A model generated the notes under the pieces. It had not been told where the DNA came from. It saw nothing but the letters and a program-made list of their open reading frames with translations, and ran no database searches. The position numbers and the translations under genes were made by a program. Shown here one piece after another: positions 41,028-51,018 of a stretch of 64,000 bases of DNA. Position 1 is the first letter of the stretch; each line of letters opens with the position of its first letter. The DNA comes from Pelagomonas calceolata (taxonomy: Eukaryota), in the NCBI GenBank assembly GCA_918797485.1, contig CAKKNE010000002.1:5084001-5148000 (forward strand). Direction: 5' to 3'.

Positions 41028-41768
41028 ATGGCAACTCTGCCCGAACGGCTGGGCAACTTCGCATTCCTTGGTGTCCTACCTCTAGGCATCGTCCACGCGA
41101 TCCGCCAGCGACGCCCTCGATCTGGCGCAACCGTTAAAGCAACCGACGACGCCTCGCCGCCGAAGCCGCCGCTCTCGCCCGACTGGCGCAGCACCGTCAG
41201 CCGCATCGCCGCCGACGACGACACGCGCGACGTGACCACACAACTCTTCGACGCCTTCGCGAAGGCGCTCTCGTTTACGCCAGGCGACGCGCCCCAACTG
41301 GAAATCAGCAGCATGGCGCCGGACGACGCCAGTGCCAAGGACTTCGTCGTCCAGGGATATGTGGATGTGAGGGCAGCCGAGGGCGCGAAGGCGGCGCGGC
41401 CGGAGCTCGATTTCGTAAGAGCGGGTCTCGAGGCGGGCCACGGCGGCGTCCTGCTCTGTCGAGCCGAGGACAAATTGGTAGGCTACCTCTGGTGGCTCGA
41501 CACCGAGAACTGCCCCTACGGCCCGGGCTGCTACGCGGACAAGGAGCCCTTCCTCTGGGTCCACACGGTTTATACAATACCTTCGTATCGTCGACGAGGC
41601 GTCGCGCGGGCGCTACATACTGAACTCGAGCGCGTCGCGCGGCGACGGAAACGCGCGTCGATCTGGCTCGACGTCTACGCGAACAATCCGATCTCACAGA
41701 AGCTCCACGACAACCTCGGGTACAAACCAGTGACAGTCGTGCAGAAGAAAGTAATTACTAGTCTATGA
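41028..41768 (+). CDS. GNAT-family acetyltransferase
   Basis: VHTVYTIPSYRRRGVARAL (acetyl-CoA motif A), WLDVYANNPISQKLHDNLGY. Confidence 0.85.
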   Translation: MATLPERLGNFAFLGVLPLGIVHAIRQRRPRSGATVKATDDASPPKPPLSPDWRSTVSRIAADDDTRDVTTQLFDAFAKALSFTPGDAPQLEISSMAPDDASAKDFVVQGYVDVRAAEGAKAARPELDFVRAGLEAGHGGVLLCRAEDKLVGYLWWLDTENCPYGPGCYADKEPFLWVHTVYTIPSYRRRGVARALHTELERVARRRKRASIWLDVYANNPISQKLHDNLGYKPVTVVQKKVITSL

Positions 41769-42345
41769 CGAAGTCCTTCAGTCCACCCACCATCTTCTCC
41801 GACTCCTCGGCGGCCTTCTTCCGCTCTTCTTCCTTCTTGCGTTTGGCCAGGTTCCTCGCCTTCTTCTCCTCGTTCGCCTGGGCCTCCAATACATAGTTGA
41901 CGAGCTCGTCCTCCGTAAAGTAGTCCTCGCCCGTATGTGAAATCAGCTCCGTGATGCGCTCGGCGTGGTCCTCGGAGCACTCCAGGCCTTGGGATCTCAG
42001 AAACGTGCCAAACTCAGAATGCGTCATGCGCTGCGGGTGCTCCTTCTTCATCAAATGAAAAGCTCGTCTCACTTCCCCGCCCTTGCCCAATGAAGCCTCC
42101 ATGCTCATCACACACGACGAAAACACGTTGAACGAGATGTCGTCCGTCGTCGGCAGCGTCGGGTTCCCGAACCCGATCAAGTCGCACATCTTGCGCATCG
42201 TCCGCCGGTCGATGCGCCCATCCCTGTCGGTGTCGTAATAATCAAACACGGCGTGCAATTGGCTCAGCTTCTCGACCGTCTCGGGCGGGTAGCCGGCCTC
42301 CTCGAAGTTCCGCGGCGCCGGGCCCCGCGGCGTCGTCTCGGCCAT
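41758..42345 (-). CDS. EF-hand (calmodulin/centrin-like) protein
   Basis: VFDYYDTDRDGRID canonical EF loop plus degenerate hands. Confidence 0.8.
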   Translation of the reverse strand: MAETTPRGPAPRNFEEAGYPPETVEKLSQLHAVFDYYDTDRDGRIDRRTMRKMCDLIGFGNPTLPTTDDISFNVFSSCVMSMEASLGKGGEVRRAFHLMKKEHPQRMTHSEFGTFLRSQGLECSEDHAERITELISHTGEDYFTEDELVNYVLEAQANEEKKARNLAKRKKEEERKKAAEESEKMVGGLKDFVID

Positions 42346-42543
42346 GGTCGAGCGGCGGCACGGAGGCCGGTCTGGCGGGTGATGGGCAGCCCGCTCCCTT
42401 GTGCTGGAGCAGTCGTCCCTTTGGCTGCTACGCGTCGACGGGACCGGCGGCTCGCGGAGGTGCTGTGAGAGACCCTGCGAGTCTTGGGCTGTCGCTTGTC
42501 GTCGCTGGGCGTCGACGGCGGCCGGCGCTGTACAGGTCTGAGA

Positions 42544-42561
42544 CTAGCTGAGACCCACTAG
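42544..42561 (-). promoter_or_regulatory. Short degenerate CTAG-bipartite motif (rc CTAGTGGGTCTCAGCTAG)
   Basis: Between divergent EF-hand and PH genes; shorter than consensus. Confidence 0.3.
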
Positions 42562-42801
42562 CAGCGGGCCGAGAATTGAACAGCTGAGCCCGGCATTCGC
42601 CCTGTTGGGCCTAAAACAGCGTGTGTGGGTGCCTTGGCGACTTACTTTTTTAAGGGCTGCCCGGGCACCGCGCACCGAAGGGCTACCGCTGGGATCCAGG
42701 CAGTTTGAGTGCCCAACCAATTAAAGCACCGCTTAGATTGCGGGCGGAGGACCAGCCTCGGGTGCCCGACCAATTGAAACAACACCAGAAGCACCGACGC
42801 G

Positions 42802-45800
42802 ATGCTCTTCCAGGGCGCCGGCCCGGACATCACGCCGTCGGCGCGGCGGCGCAGCGGCGGCTCCGGCGGTAGGCTCTGGGACCTCCTGAGGCGCAACGCC
42901 AATTCGGCCAAAGACGCAATGGAGCTCGCGCCCGGCGACACCGTCGACGTGCCCTTCGATGCTGTTGATGACGCTCTACGACTGCAGTTCGCCTTCGGCA
43001 AGGGGTTATGTGTCGTGACGCAAGCGTTCGGTGCCAAGCTCCTCCCCACTGATGAACTGAGGAAGATCAACGGCATTCACGCAAAAGAAGACGCCTCGAC
43101 CCTACGCAATTCTTTGAGGAGGCAGAGCGCTCCCATCCTTCTGACATTTGCGAGGCGGAAGGGGCGCCAGTTACTCACGCAAATTTCTGAAGACGCCTTC
43201 ACGACGCAAAGCAGCGCGTCCTGCGGCTGGTTCGAGAGAAGAGCGAGGAACGATGCGGATGCCGAGACACTACTAAGGTGCGCTTCAGCAGTCTGCGCGT
43301 CCTTCGCGGACGCCGCGGGCCTATCGCCAACCACAGCTCTCAAGATGACTAGGGGTGGCTCTGTCCAGGAGCGCACGTCGAAAAAGTGGGCCAAAGCCTA
43401 CGCCTATTGTTCTGTGGATCTAAAGCATCTCTGCGTGGCCAAGGACAAAGCATCAACGTCCGCGAAATGCGTTTCTTTGAAACGAGTGCTGAACGTCGGC
43501 ATGGCGAGCGATCTGGGCGACGGGTCGATCGGGTGTCGCGTGGTGGTTACGACGGACTCTGGAAGGATAACTCTGGAACTCAAGGCCTCGAATTCCGAAC
43601 GGTGGGGCACGTGGTGGGTGGATGGTCTTGCGAAGTGCGTCCAGGCGGCTCGAAAAACACCCGTGGCACAACGGGACGACTCGTCGGATGACGAGCGCCA
43701 GTCCGTGCGGTCGTACGCCGAGAGCTTCGTGAAGGATGTTTTTGAGGAGCCCTCCGTGCCGCGGGCCCGGTCGCGGTCGCCCGCGCCGCTCGCGCCGACG
43801 GCCGACGACGCAGCGCCGCTCGACGACGCCGCGTTGGCCGACAAGATCGTCGTGAACCACATCGCCGCGAAGCTGGAAGCTAAACGAAGGAAGCACGTCC
43901 TCAAAAGAGGTGTGTTGCAACAGAAGATGCCGTCGACGCTCGGCCGATCCTCCTACAAGAAGCGGTTCTTCGAGCTCGATGAGAAGAAATTGACAGGTTT
44001 CGTCGACGAGGCGGATTCGCAAAGGCCGGACGCGCACGCGACGTGCACCTGGCCTTTACTGGACTTCGTGGGCGCGACACCCTCACAAAATAATGAGATC
44101 GACCTCGCGGCGGCGACGCAGGGCGGTTCTGACAAAACCTTGAGGTGCGAGTCTTCGGAAGAGCGGGACGCCTGGGTCGGTATCATAGACGGAGCTATTA
44201 GAACAGCGCGCGGCGCGTCGCCTTCATCATTAGCGTCGTCGTCGGTGCGGTCGTTAGATGCCGTGCCGGGCCACGTCGCGCACGAGAACATTGACGACGT
44301 CTTCGCGACCGCCCTCCGCGAATCTGAGGAGCGCTCTCCCTCACTACACGACCGCCTCGACGACCTCGAGGGCGCGCTCGCGGAGCGACCGGACGAGGCC
44401 AAGGTCCCGGACGAGCCGCCGCCCTTCCTGGCGCCGTCGCCGTCCTTCGAGGCGCTCGAGCCGCTCTCACCGACGGACGCCTTCCTCGCGGGAGAGGGCT
44501 CGTCGTCCTCCGACGAGCGACCGGCGTCGCCGACCGAGGCGTTGCCGGCGGACCCTGACCGGTCGCCGTCGCCGGCAGAGGCCTGCGACGACGACGAGCG
44601 GCTTCTGTTAGATCCAAGAAGCCCGAGGCCCGACCGGTCGCCGGCCTTTGCGGCCGCGCCCGCGCCGTTCTTCGAGGAACCGCCATCTCCACCACCACCA
44701 CCGGCAGACACCCCCCAAACGCCGGGCGGCTGGCTCTTGGAAAGAGCGGCCGACGGGCGCGCCTGGCGGCGGCGCCACTTTGTGCTGGAGGGAAGCATTC
44801 TGAGGGCGCGCGAGAAAAAGGACGGCGCGGACGTCTCGAAGGTCGACGTCTCGTCCTACTTGCGGGTCGAGGCCGTCGCGGCGACGGATACGAACGGCGT
44901 GGCCTTCGAGTTCGAGCTCGTGGGCGTTCCTGGTACGCTCGTCGGGCGCCGGTTCCGCGCGGCGACGTGGAACGGCCGCGACGCCTGGCTGAAGCGATTA
45001 AGGGCGGCCGCGGCGCTGTCGCCACGTTCATCAAAGGCGAGTCCCCCGGCGCCGGCCTCGCCGAAGCGGCCCTCGGCCGACGAGCCCGACGACGCGACGG
45101 CCGCGGCTTTGCGGCCGGGGCCGGCGCCGCGGACGCCGTCGCGCGCCGACGTCGAGAACTCGCTGCGGCCGTCGCCGTCGCCCCGCGCGTCTTCGATTCC
45201 TTCTTTGGGCCGGCAGGCCTGGCAGCGGTCCGTCGCCTTAGCGGCCGAGTCCTCCGACGAGGACATGCGCGAGCGGCGGCGCGAGCGCGCGTCCTTCGCG
45301 TCGTCGCGGTCGCCGCGGTCGCCGGCCGCGGCGGTGTCGCCCGTGGCCGCCGCAGTGTCGCCGGCGTCTGCGGTGCGGACGCTGTCCACGGCGTCGCCGG
45401 CGAGTCCTCCGGCGGCCGCGTCGCCGCCGGCCTCGCGGAGGCCGTCCGCCTCGTCTCCATCGGCCTCACGACGGCCGTCTGCCGCGTCGCCGCCGGCCTC
45501 ACGGAGGCCGTCCGCCTCGTCGCCGCCGGCCTCGCGGAGGCCGTCCGCCTCGTCGCCGGCCGCGCGCTCGCCGTCGCCCGCGAGCCCGCCGCCGCCGCCG
45601 GCCGGGAGCCCGCCGTCATCCGACAGCGACATGCGCGAGCGGCGGCGCGAGCGCGCCGCGTCGGCCGAGCGGTCCGCGGCGTCGTCGGCCGCGGCGTCAC
45701 CGCTGATCGCGCGCCCCCCGTCGCCGGCGGCGCCGTCGCCGGCCGCGTCGTCGTCGCCGTCCCCGGCGCGCGCGGCGGCGAAACAGGCGGCGCGGGACCG

Positions 45801-46758
45801 GGCGCCGTGGCCCGAGTCACAGCCGCCGTCGCCCGCGGACGTGCCCGCCGCCGCGCCCACGCCCGCGCCGGTGCCCGAGCCCGTGCCTGCGACGCCACAA
45901 GCGGCGCCGGCGCCGGCGCCGCTCGTGTCGCCCGCCTCGCGGCGCTCTCACGTTACGCCGGCCGCGCAGCGGACCGTCGACCTCGACGCCGCCGCCGCCC
46001 CGACGCCGGCGGCGGCGGCGCCCGCACCGACGCGGCGCTGCGCCGGCCTGCTCTATACAAAAGCGGCGCGTGGCGACGAGCCCGGCACGGAGACGTGGCG
46101 CCTGCGCTGGCACGCCTTCGACGGAAACGTGCTGCGGTGGCGCGACCCCGAGGCGACGGAGTGGCTCGGGGCCATCCGGCTTGGGCCAAACGCGCGCTGC
46201 CGCCGCGGCGCCTCGCGCGACGACGGCTACGTGGCCCTGGACGTGGTTTGTGATGATTGGGCTGCGACGTTATTAGCGCCGTCGCGCGACGAGCGGCGCC
46301 GCTGGCTCGCGGCGCTCGACCCCCGGCCCGTCCCTGCGCGACCGACGCCCCGGAAGCTCGTCCTCAAGTCGCCGCGCGTGCGCCGGCCTCCCGATTCGCC
46401 TCCATCAACACCCTCGCCGTCGACCACGGACTTCGAGGCGCTGCTGCCGCTGACACATCGCGAGCGGTCGCGCGCCGCCGCGGTCGCGCGAGCCGTGGAC
46501 GCGTACCTCGAGACGCGGAGCGGCCGCGCCCGGAAGGTTGTGGTTGAGGCTGCTAAACGGTCGGCGCCGCTCGCGGACGAGGTCTACTGTCGGCTGCTCC
46601 TCGTTTGTACTGATCAAGCTTGGGAGCTCCTCGGCGCCGTCGCGGACTGTAGGGCGCCCTCGGACGCGGCGCTGTGCGGCGTCGTGCGCGAGGCGGCGGT
46701 CGGTGCTCGTGTTGACTCCGTCGTGGGGGCGATGGATGCGGCTTTGTCTTCGGCGTAA
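42802..46758 (+). CDS. Multi-PH-domain protein with Ser/Pro-rich linker and MyTH4-like C-terminus
   Basis: KRGVLQQK..YKKRFFEL..SSEERDAWVGII; GGWLLER..WRRRHFVL; GLLYTK..WRLRW..SRDERRRWLAAL; LADEVYCRLL..AWELLG. Confidence 0.8.
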   Translation: MLFQGAGPDITPSARRRSGGSGGRLWDLLRRNANSAKDAMELAPGDTVDVPFDAVDDALRLQFAFGKGLCVVTQAFGAKLLPTDELRKINGIHAKEDASTLRNSLRRQSAPILLTFARRKGRQLLTQISEDAFTTQSSASCGWFERRARNDADAETLLRCASAVCASFADAAGLSPTTALKMTRGGSVQERTSKKWAKAYAYCSVDLKHLCVAKDKASTSAKCVSLKRVLNVGMASDLGDGSIGCRVVVTTDSGRITLELKASNSERWGTWWVDGLAKCVQAARKTPVAQRDDSSDDERQSVRSYAESFVKDVFEEPSVPRARSRSPAPLAPTADDAAPLDDAALADKIVVNHIAAKLEAKRRKHVLKRGVLQQKMPSTLGRSSYKKRFFELDEKKLTGFVDEADSQRPDAHATCTWPLLDFVGATPSQNNEIDLAAATQGGSDKTLRCESSEERDAWVGIIDGAIRTARGASPSSLASSSVRSLDAVPGHVAHENIDDVFATALRESEERSPSLHDRLDDLEGALAERPDEAKVPDEPPPFLAPSPSFEALEPLSPTDAFLAGEGSSSSDERPASPTEALPADPDRSPSPAEACDDDERLLLDPRSPRPDRSPAFAAAPAPFFEEPPSPPPPPADTPQTPGGWLLERAADGRAWRRRHFVLEGSILRAREKKDGADVSKVDVSSYLRVEAVAATDTNGVAFEFELVGVPGTLVGRRFRAATWNGRDAWLKRLRAAAALSPRSSKASPPAPASPKRPSADEPDDATAAALRPGPAPRTPSRADVENSLRPSPSPRASSIPSLGRQAWQRSVALAAESSDEDMRERRRERASFASSRSPRSPAAAVSPVAAAVSPASAVRTLSTASPASPPAAASPPASRRPSASSPSASRRPSAASPPASRRPSASSPPASRRPSASSPAARSPSPASPPPPPAGSPPSSDSDMRERRRERAASAERSAASSAAASPLIARPPSPAAPSPAASSSPSPARAAAKQAARDRAPWPESQPPSPADVPAAAPTPAPVPEPVPATPQAAPAPAPLVSPASRRSHVTPAAQRTVDLDAAAAPTPAAAAPAPTRRCAGLLYTKAARGDEPGTETWRLRWHAFDGNVLRWRDPEATEWLGAIRLGPNARCRRGASRDDGYVALDVVCDDWAATLLAPSRDERRRWLAALDPRPVPARPTPRKLVLKSPRVRRPPDSPPSTPSPSTTDFEALLPLTHRERSRAAAVARAVDAYLETRSGRARKVVVEAAKRSAPLADEVYCRLLLVCTDQAWELLGAVADCRAPSDAALCGVVREAAVGARVDSVVGAMDAALSSA
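45421..45558 (+). repeat. Coding 30-bp tandem repeat (SPPASRRPSA, ~4.5 units)
   Basis: TCGCCGCCGGCCTCGCGGAGGCCGTCCGCC-like units. Confidence 0.8.
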
Positions 46759-47038
46759 TTGTGTTTGATGTGATCAATTATGCCAGTGTGATCTGTCTAT
46801 CTGTCTGAAAGTGCCACGGCAGGGAAACTCGCGCTCGCCGACGCGTCGCCGGTCTCGGAGGTGCTGAACGTTCACGCGCTGGGTGCGGCGCAAATTTACG
46901 GATGCGCACCCTGGAGGAGAGCCTCGACTGGATCGGGGGGAAGGCGGACGCCTCGTGCTCTTCGAGGGGGAGTGCATGTAAGTTCATTACTCTGTGTGCA
47001 TAAAGGAGTGGGGATAATGGGGAAGTCCGGAGAGGGAA

Positions 47039-48611
47039 TCTACACGGAGAGCATGAGCGCGAGGACCAAAGCGGCGAGACCCTTCGGGCAGCGCCCCGGT
47101 GTAGCCGCGTCGACGACGGACGTGGCGACGGGGGGCGTTGTCGGCGCGGGCGTAAGGTGTCCCACGCGCCGATGTCCTCGTTGAAGGACGCTGCGGCGTT
47201 GTTGCAGAGAGGCCGATCGGTCGCATCATAATACGCGCAAAACAAATACGACATGTCCGTCACCCCCCCAGTCGCCCACGTCGAGATGTGGCCGTACGTT
47301 TCCTCGGCGACCGTCGGGTTCGAGACCCACGCAGCGACTGCCGTTCTGATTGTGCCATCGGTCATGGTCCCACCACTGCCACCGCACCTGACTGCAGCCA
47401 CCCAGGCGACGCCGCACGACGTCGCTTCGCACGGGGTGTAGTAGAACGCATAGCCCAGGTCCACGCCGTCGTCTACGCACCAGCCGAGGTCCTGGTTAAA
47501 GGCCGTGGCGCCTTCGAACATGGAGTTCATGCTCGTAACGCCGGAGGTGTCCCACGCGCCGATGTCCTGGTTAAAGGCCGAGGCGCTTTCGAACATCCAG
47601 CTCATGCTTTCGACGCCGGAGGTGTCCCACGCGCCGATGTCCTGGTTAAAGGCCGAGGCGAAGCCAAACATCCAGTACATCGTCGTGACGCCGGAGGTGT
47701 CCCACGCGCCGATGTCCTCGTTGAAGGACGCCGCGGCCGCGTTGCAAGAACTCGACAACCATGAAGGTGCGCAAAACAAATACGACATGTCCGTCACCCC
47801 CAGTCTCCCACGTCGAGATGTGGCCGTACGTCGTCTCGGCGGCGGACTGGTCGGCAAACCAAGCCACCACTGCATCTCTAATGCTATCGTCGTCCATCAC
47901 ATAGCCCGTGAGCGCGCGCCGCTGCGCGAGGCCTCCCGCCGGCGCGCGCGGTGCGTTATTGGTCTTGGTTTTGGACTTGGTGTTGTCGTCGCTGCGGCCG
48001 CTGCGGCCGCGGACCGAAGTCTCCGCCGCCACGCGAGTGGCGTCCCCCCAAATAACCAGGTAGCCGACGACGGACAAGCGCCAGGCCGCGCCCTTCGCCG
48101 AGCTACTGCGCCGCGGAACCACCGAAGCGAGTAAGAGGCACCAGGAGGCCCGCCCAAGGTAACTCTGGGCCGCTGCTTCTCCGTCGACGCCGCCCTTGGT
48201 CGCGTCTGGGGCCATGAACTGCATCGTGGTACCGGGCGTAGGCGCCAGCTCGGCGGACGCGACGTCCAAGACGTCGACGCCGCCCTTGGCCGGGGCCGCC
48301 AACATCAATATGGTGCCGTCCGACCGGTAGTTCTTGTATTGCACGTCGCTGCCGACCGTCTGCTCGATGGCGTGCACCCCGCCCGCCTGGAACTCGTTCG
48401 CTACGTGCTCGGCCGTCGCCGCGCCTTTGATAGTCTCGGAGTCGAACGCGTCGCCCGCCCCGGAGTTCTTGTAGAGCTGGAGCCACGTGTTCCTCGCTGC
48501 GGCGCTCGTCGCCAGGGCCTTGGGGGCAGCGCCGTCGAGGCCGTTCTCGCCCGCGGATCCTACGGCGGACAGCCCCAGCAATGAGAGGGAGATGGTGATT
48601 AAATTTTTCAT
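47039..48611 (-). pseudogene. DUF285/BspA-like surface repeat protein, frame-broken (pseudogene or assembly error)
   Basis: [18 protein letters not shown] repeats, [15 protein letters not shown]; 5 C at 47797-47801 vs 7 C at 47263-47269; second break at ~47156 before tail [21 protein letters not shown]. Confidence 0.75.
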
Positions 48612-48846
48612 CTGGGCAGCTTTCCGCAGCGCGTCTGCGCTGCGATGGCGTAAGGCTATTAACCACTGGGCGTCTGGGACCCAGGCGCGGTGTCCAACTA
48701 GGATCCCGCGAGCTGTCACGTGCACCGCTTTGCTGCTTTAGGCTGCAATATCGCAAGTAAATAGTTGAACCCACTAGACAACTCGCAAGGATCGATGCGC
48801 GTTGTCCGATACGGAGAAAGATCCTTCGAGCACCCCGAAACCGTGG

Positions 48847-48867
48847 CTAGCGGCAGTAAGACACTAG
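48847..48867 (-). promoter_or_regulatory. CTAG-bipartite motif copy (rc CTAGTGTCTTACTGCCGCTAG)
   Basis: Between divergent DUF285 and cyclophilin genes. Confidence 0.7.
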
Positions 48868-49030
48868 CAGGCAATTTATGGCAACCAGTTTTTGTGCCGC
48901 AGCGATTGGCACGCTGCATTTTTGCGGTTAGGATTCATTTGTAACATCGTATTGCTGCGCTTGGAAGGTGTCGTTCATCTCTTGCCGCGCAACACGCCCG
49001 CAGAGCACAGCAAAGCTCGCCCGGCGCGCA

Positions 49031-49603
49031 ATGGCGGCCCAAGCCGAAGCCGCCGATGCGGCTCCTTATGTAATATTCGAGACGTCGCTCGGCGCCTTCA
49101 GCGTCGAGCTCTACAGCCAGCACGCGCCCCAGTCGTGCAAGAACTTCCGCGAGCTGGCGCGGACGGGCTACTACGACAGCACGACGTTCCATCGCGTCAT
49201 ACGAGGCTTCATGGCCCAGGGCGGCGACCCGACGGGCACCGGAAGAGGGGGCGAATCTATATACGGCGGCAAATTTAGGGACGAGATCACTCGGGAACTG
49301 AAGCACGTCGGCGCGGGGGTCCTGGCGATGGCCAACAGCGGGCCGCACACGAACGGGTCGCAGTTCTACATCACGCTGGCGCCGGCGCCGTGGTTGGATG
49401 GAAAACATAGTATTTTCGGGCGCATCGCGTCGGGCATGGGCGCCGTGCGCAAATTAGGGATGGTGCCCGTCGACGCCAATGACAGGCCCTCTACTACAAT
49501 TACGGTGCGCCGCGCGTACCCGTCGATGACCTCGGACCTGCCGCTGCCCGCGACGACGGCGGCCATCGCTGCCGGGGCGCCGATGGGGCTGCTGACGAGG
49601 TAG
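49031..49603 (+). CDS. PPIL1: Cyclophilin-type PPIase, PPIL1-like
   Basis: VELYSQHAPQSCKNF, FHRVIRGFMAQGGDPTGTGRGGESIYG, MANSGPHTNGSQFYITL, WLDGKHSIFGR. Confidence 0.88.
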   Translation: MAAQAEAADAAPYVIFETSLGAFSVELYSQHAPQSCKNFRELARTGYYDSTTFHRVIRGFMAQGGDPTGTGRGGESIYGGKFRDEITRELKHVGAGVLAMANSGPHTNGSQFYITLAPAPWLDGKHSIFGRIASGMGAVRKLGMVPVDANDRPSTTITVRRAYPSMTSDLPLPATTAAIAAGAPMGLLTR

Positions 49604-49685
49604 TAAGAGGCTTGGATCTTATTTTCGAGGCCTCTAGGGATGGCCTGGAGGCGTTTGGCGCGGCTGCACTGGTTTTCTCGGCTCG

Positions 49686-49707
49686 CTAGTGTGTTACAGA
49701 CCGCTAG
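49686..49707 (+). promoter_or_regulatory. CTAG-bipartite motif copy (CTAGTGTGTTACAGACCGCTAG)
   Basis: About 75 bp upstream of the MYND ATG. Confidence 0.7.
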
Positions 49708-49781
49708 CTCGTCCTGGGTCGCCTTGTATATTGCCTTGTTCACCCGCAGCGCGAGCCTCAGCCTTCAACGCCCAGCAAAAA

Positions 49782-50996
49782 ATGATCCTCACAACCTGCG
49801 CCGCCTGCGCCGCCCCACTGGCCCACACCGCGCCGCAGTGCGGCCGCTGCCAGACGCGCTACTGCGGACGCCCCTGCCAGGTCAAGCACTGGAACGAGGG
49901 CGGCCACAAGGCTCTATGTAAGAAAATCAAGAAGGGCGGCGGCGCGGAACAATACCACGCCGACAAAAAGTATAAGGAGGCCGTCGCGGTTGCGGTCGAG
50001 AAATGCGCCGACGACACAAAGGGCCAGACGTGCTACATCTGCACGCAAGCCGTCCACTGGAAAACAAAGGAGGGCCTCGTGCGCGGGTGTGCGTGCCGCG
50101 GGACGTCGGGAGTTGCGCACGTGTCCTGCTTGGCGGAGCAGGTGAAGATTTTGTGCGAGGAGGCGGAGGAGAACAATTTGGGTGATAAGGCGTGGAATGA
50201 GCGGTCGAACAGATGGCAAAAGTGCAGTTTGTGCAATCAGTGCTACCACGGCGCCGTGCACCACGCGCTCGGGTGGGCGTGCTGGAAGACGTACGTCGGG
50301 CGGCCGGAGATTGACTCCTCTCGGCGCACTGCCATGTGCCATCTCGGGGATTCTCTTATCAGAAACGGCGACGCAAAGGGTGCACTCGCACTCTTTGAAT
50401 ACCATTTGAATTTGGAGCGACGTTATCATGGCCCAAACTTCGAAGAACGGTCGAGCCAGGATGATGTGCTGTCAGTCGAAGAAGACATCGCGTATTGCTA
50501 CGTGGAGCTTGGACGGCACGAGGACGCGATCAACCTGAGACGATCGGTCTACAGAAAATACTTAGCCAAGTACGGACCGACACACAGGAAGGTACTTGGT
50601 GCTGGGCTGGACTTAGGACGCTCGCTCGTCGATGATTATTTTTTTGAAGACGCAAAACCTTTTCTGCTTGATCTCATTCCAAAGGCCAAGATCGCGTTCG
50701 GGAATGAACACCAGAACACTCTTTTGATGATTCTATATCATGCAATAGCTGTTCAAAAACACTGCGAGTCCTCTCTCGACGAGCAGCGCGAGGCCATTGC
50801 GAGGCTCGAGGATGTCTGTCGTATATATCGGCAGGTCTACGGAGCCGACCATCCGATGCGTGGTATTGCGGACGGGCGCCTGAAAGATGCACGCAAGAGA
50901 CTCTCGCTCCAGGAAGCGCGCCTGGTGGAGGACGCGTCCGAGAAGCTCGCCCAGGGCCTACGCATCGACGGCGACGACGAGAGCGAAGCCCCGTAG
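49782..50996 (+). CDS. MYND zinc finger plus RING-variant plus TPR-like protein
   Basis: CAAC..CGRCQTRYCGRPCQVKHW..HKALC; CYIC..GCACRG..AHVSCL..WQKCSLC; helical tail. Confidence 0.85.
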   Translation: MILTTCAACAAPLAHTAPQCGRCQTRYCGRPCQVKHWNEGGHKALCKKIKKGGGAEQYHADKKYKEAVAVAVEKCADDTKGQTCYICTQAVHWKTKEGLVRGCACRGTSGVAHVSCLAEQVKILCEEAEENNLGDKAWNERSNRWQKCSLCNQCYHGAVHHALGWACWKTYVGRPEIDSSRRTAMCHLGDSLIRNGDAKGALALFEYHLNLERRYHGPNFEERSSQDDVLSVEEDIAYCYVELGRHEDAINLRRSVYRKYLAKYGPTHRKVLGAGLDLGRSLVDDYFFEDAKPFLLDLIPKAKIAFGNEHQNTLLMILYHAIAVQKHCESSLDEQREAIARLEDVCRIYRQVYGADHPMRGIADGRLKDARKRLSLQEARLVEDASEKLAQGLRIDGDDESEAP

Positions 50997-51018
50997 TGTA
51001 TGTAAGTCATCACAATAG

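Noticed and set aside
44198..46253. Long Arg/Ala-rich overlapping ORFs (566, 334, 428 aa)
   Set aside because: Alternative-frame artefacts of the GC-rich Ser/Pro linker of the PH gene.
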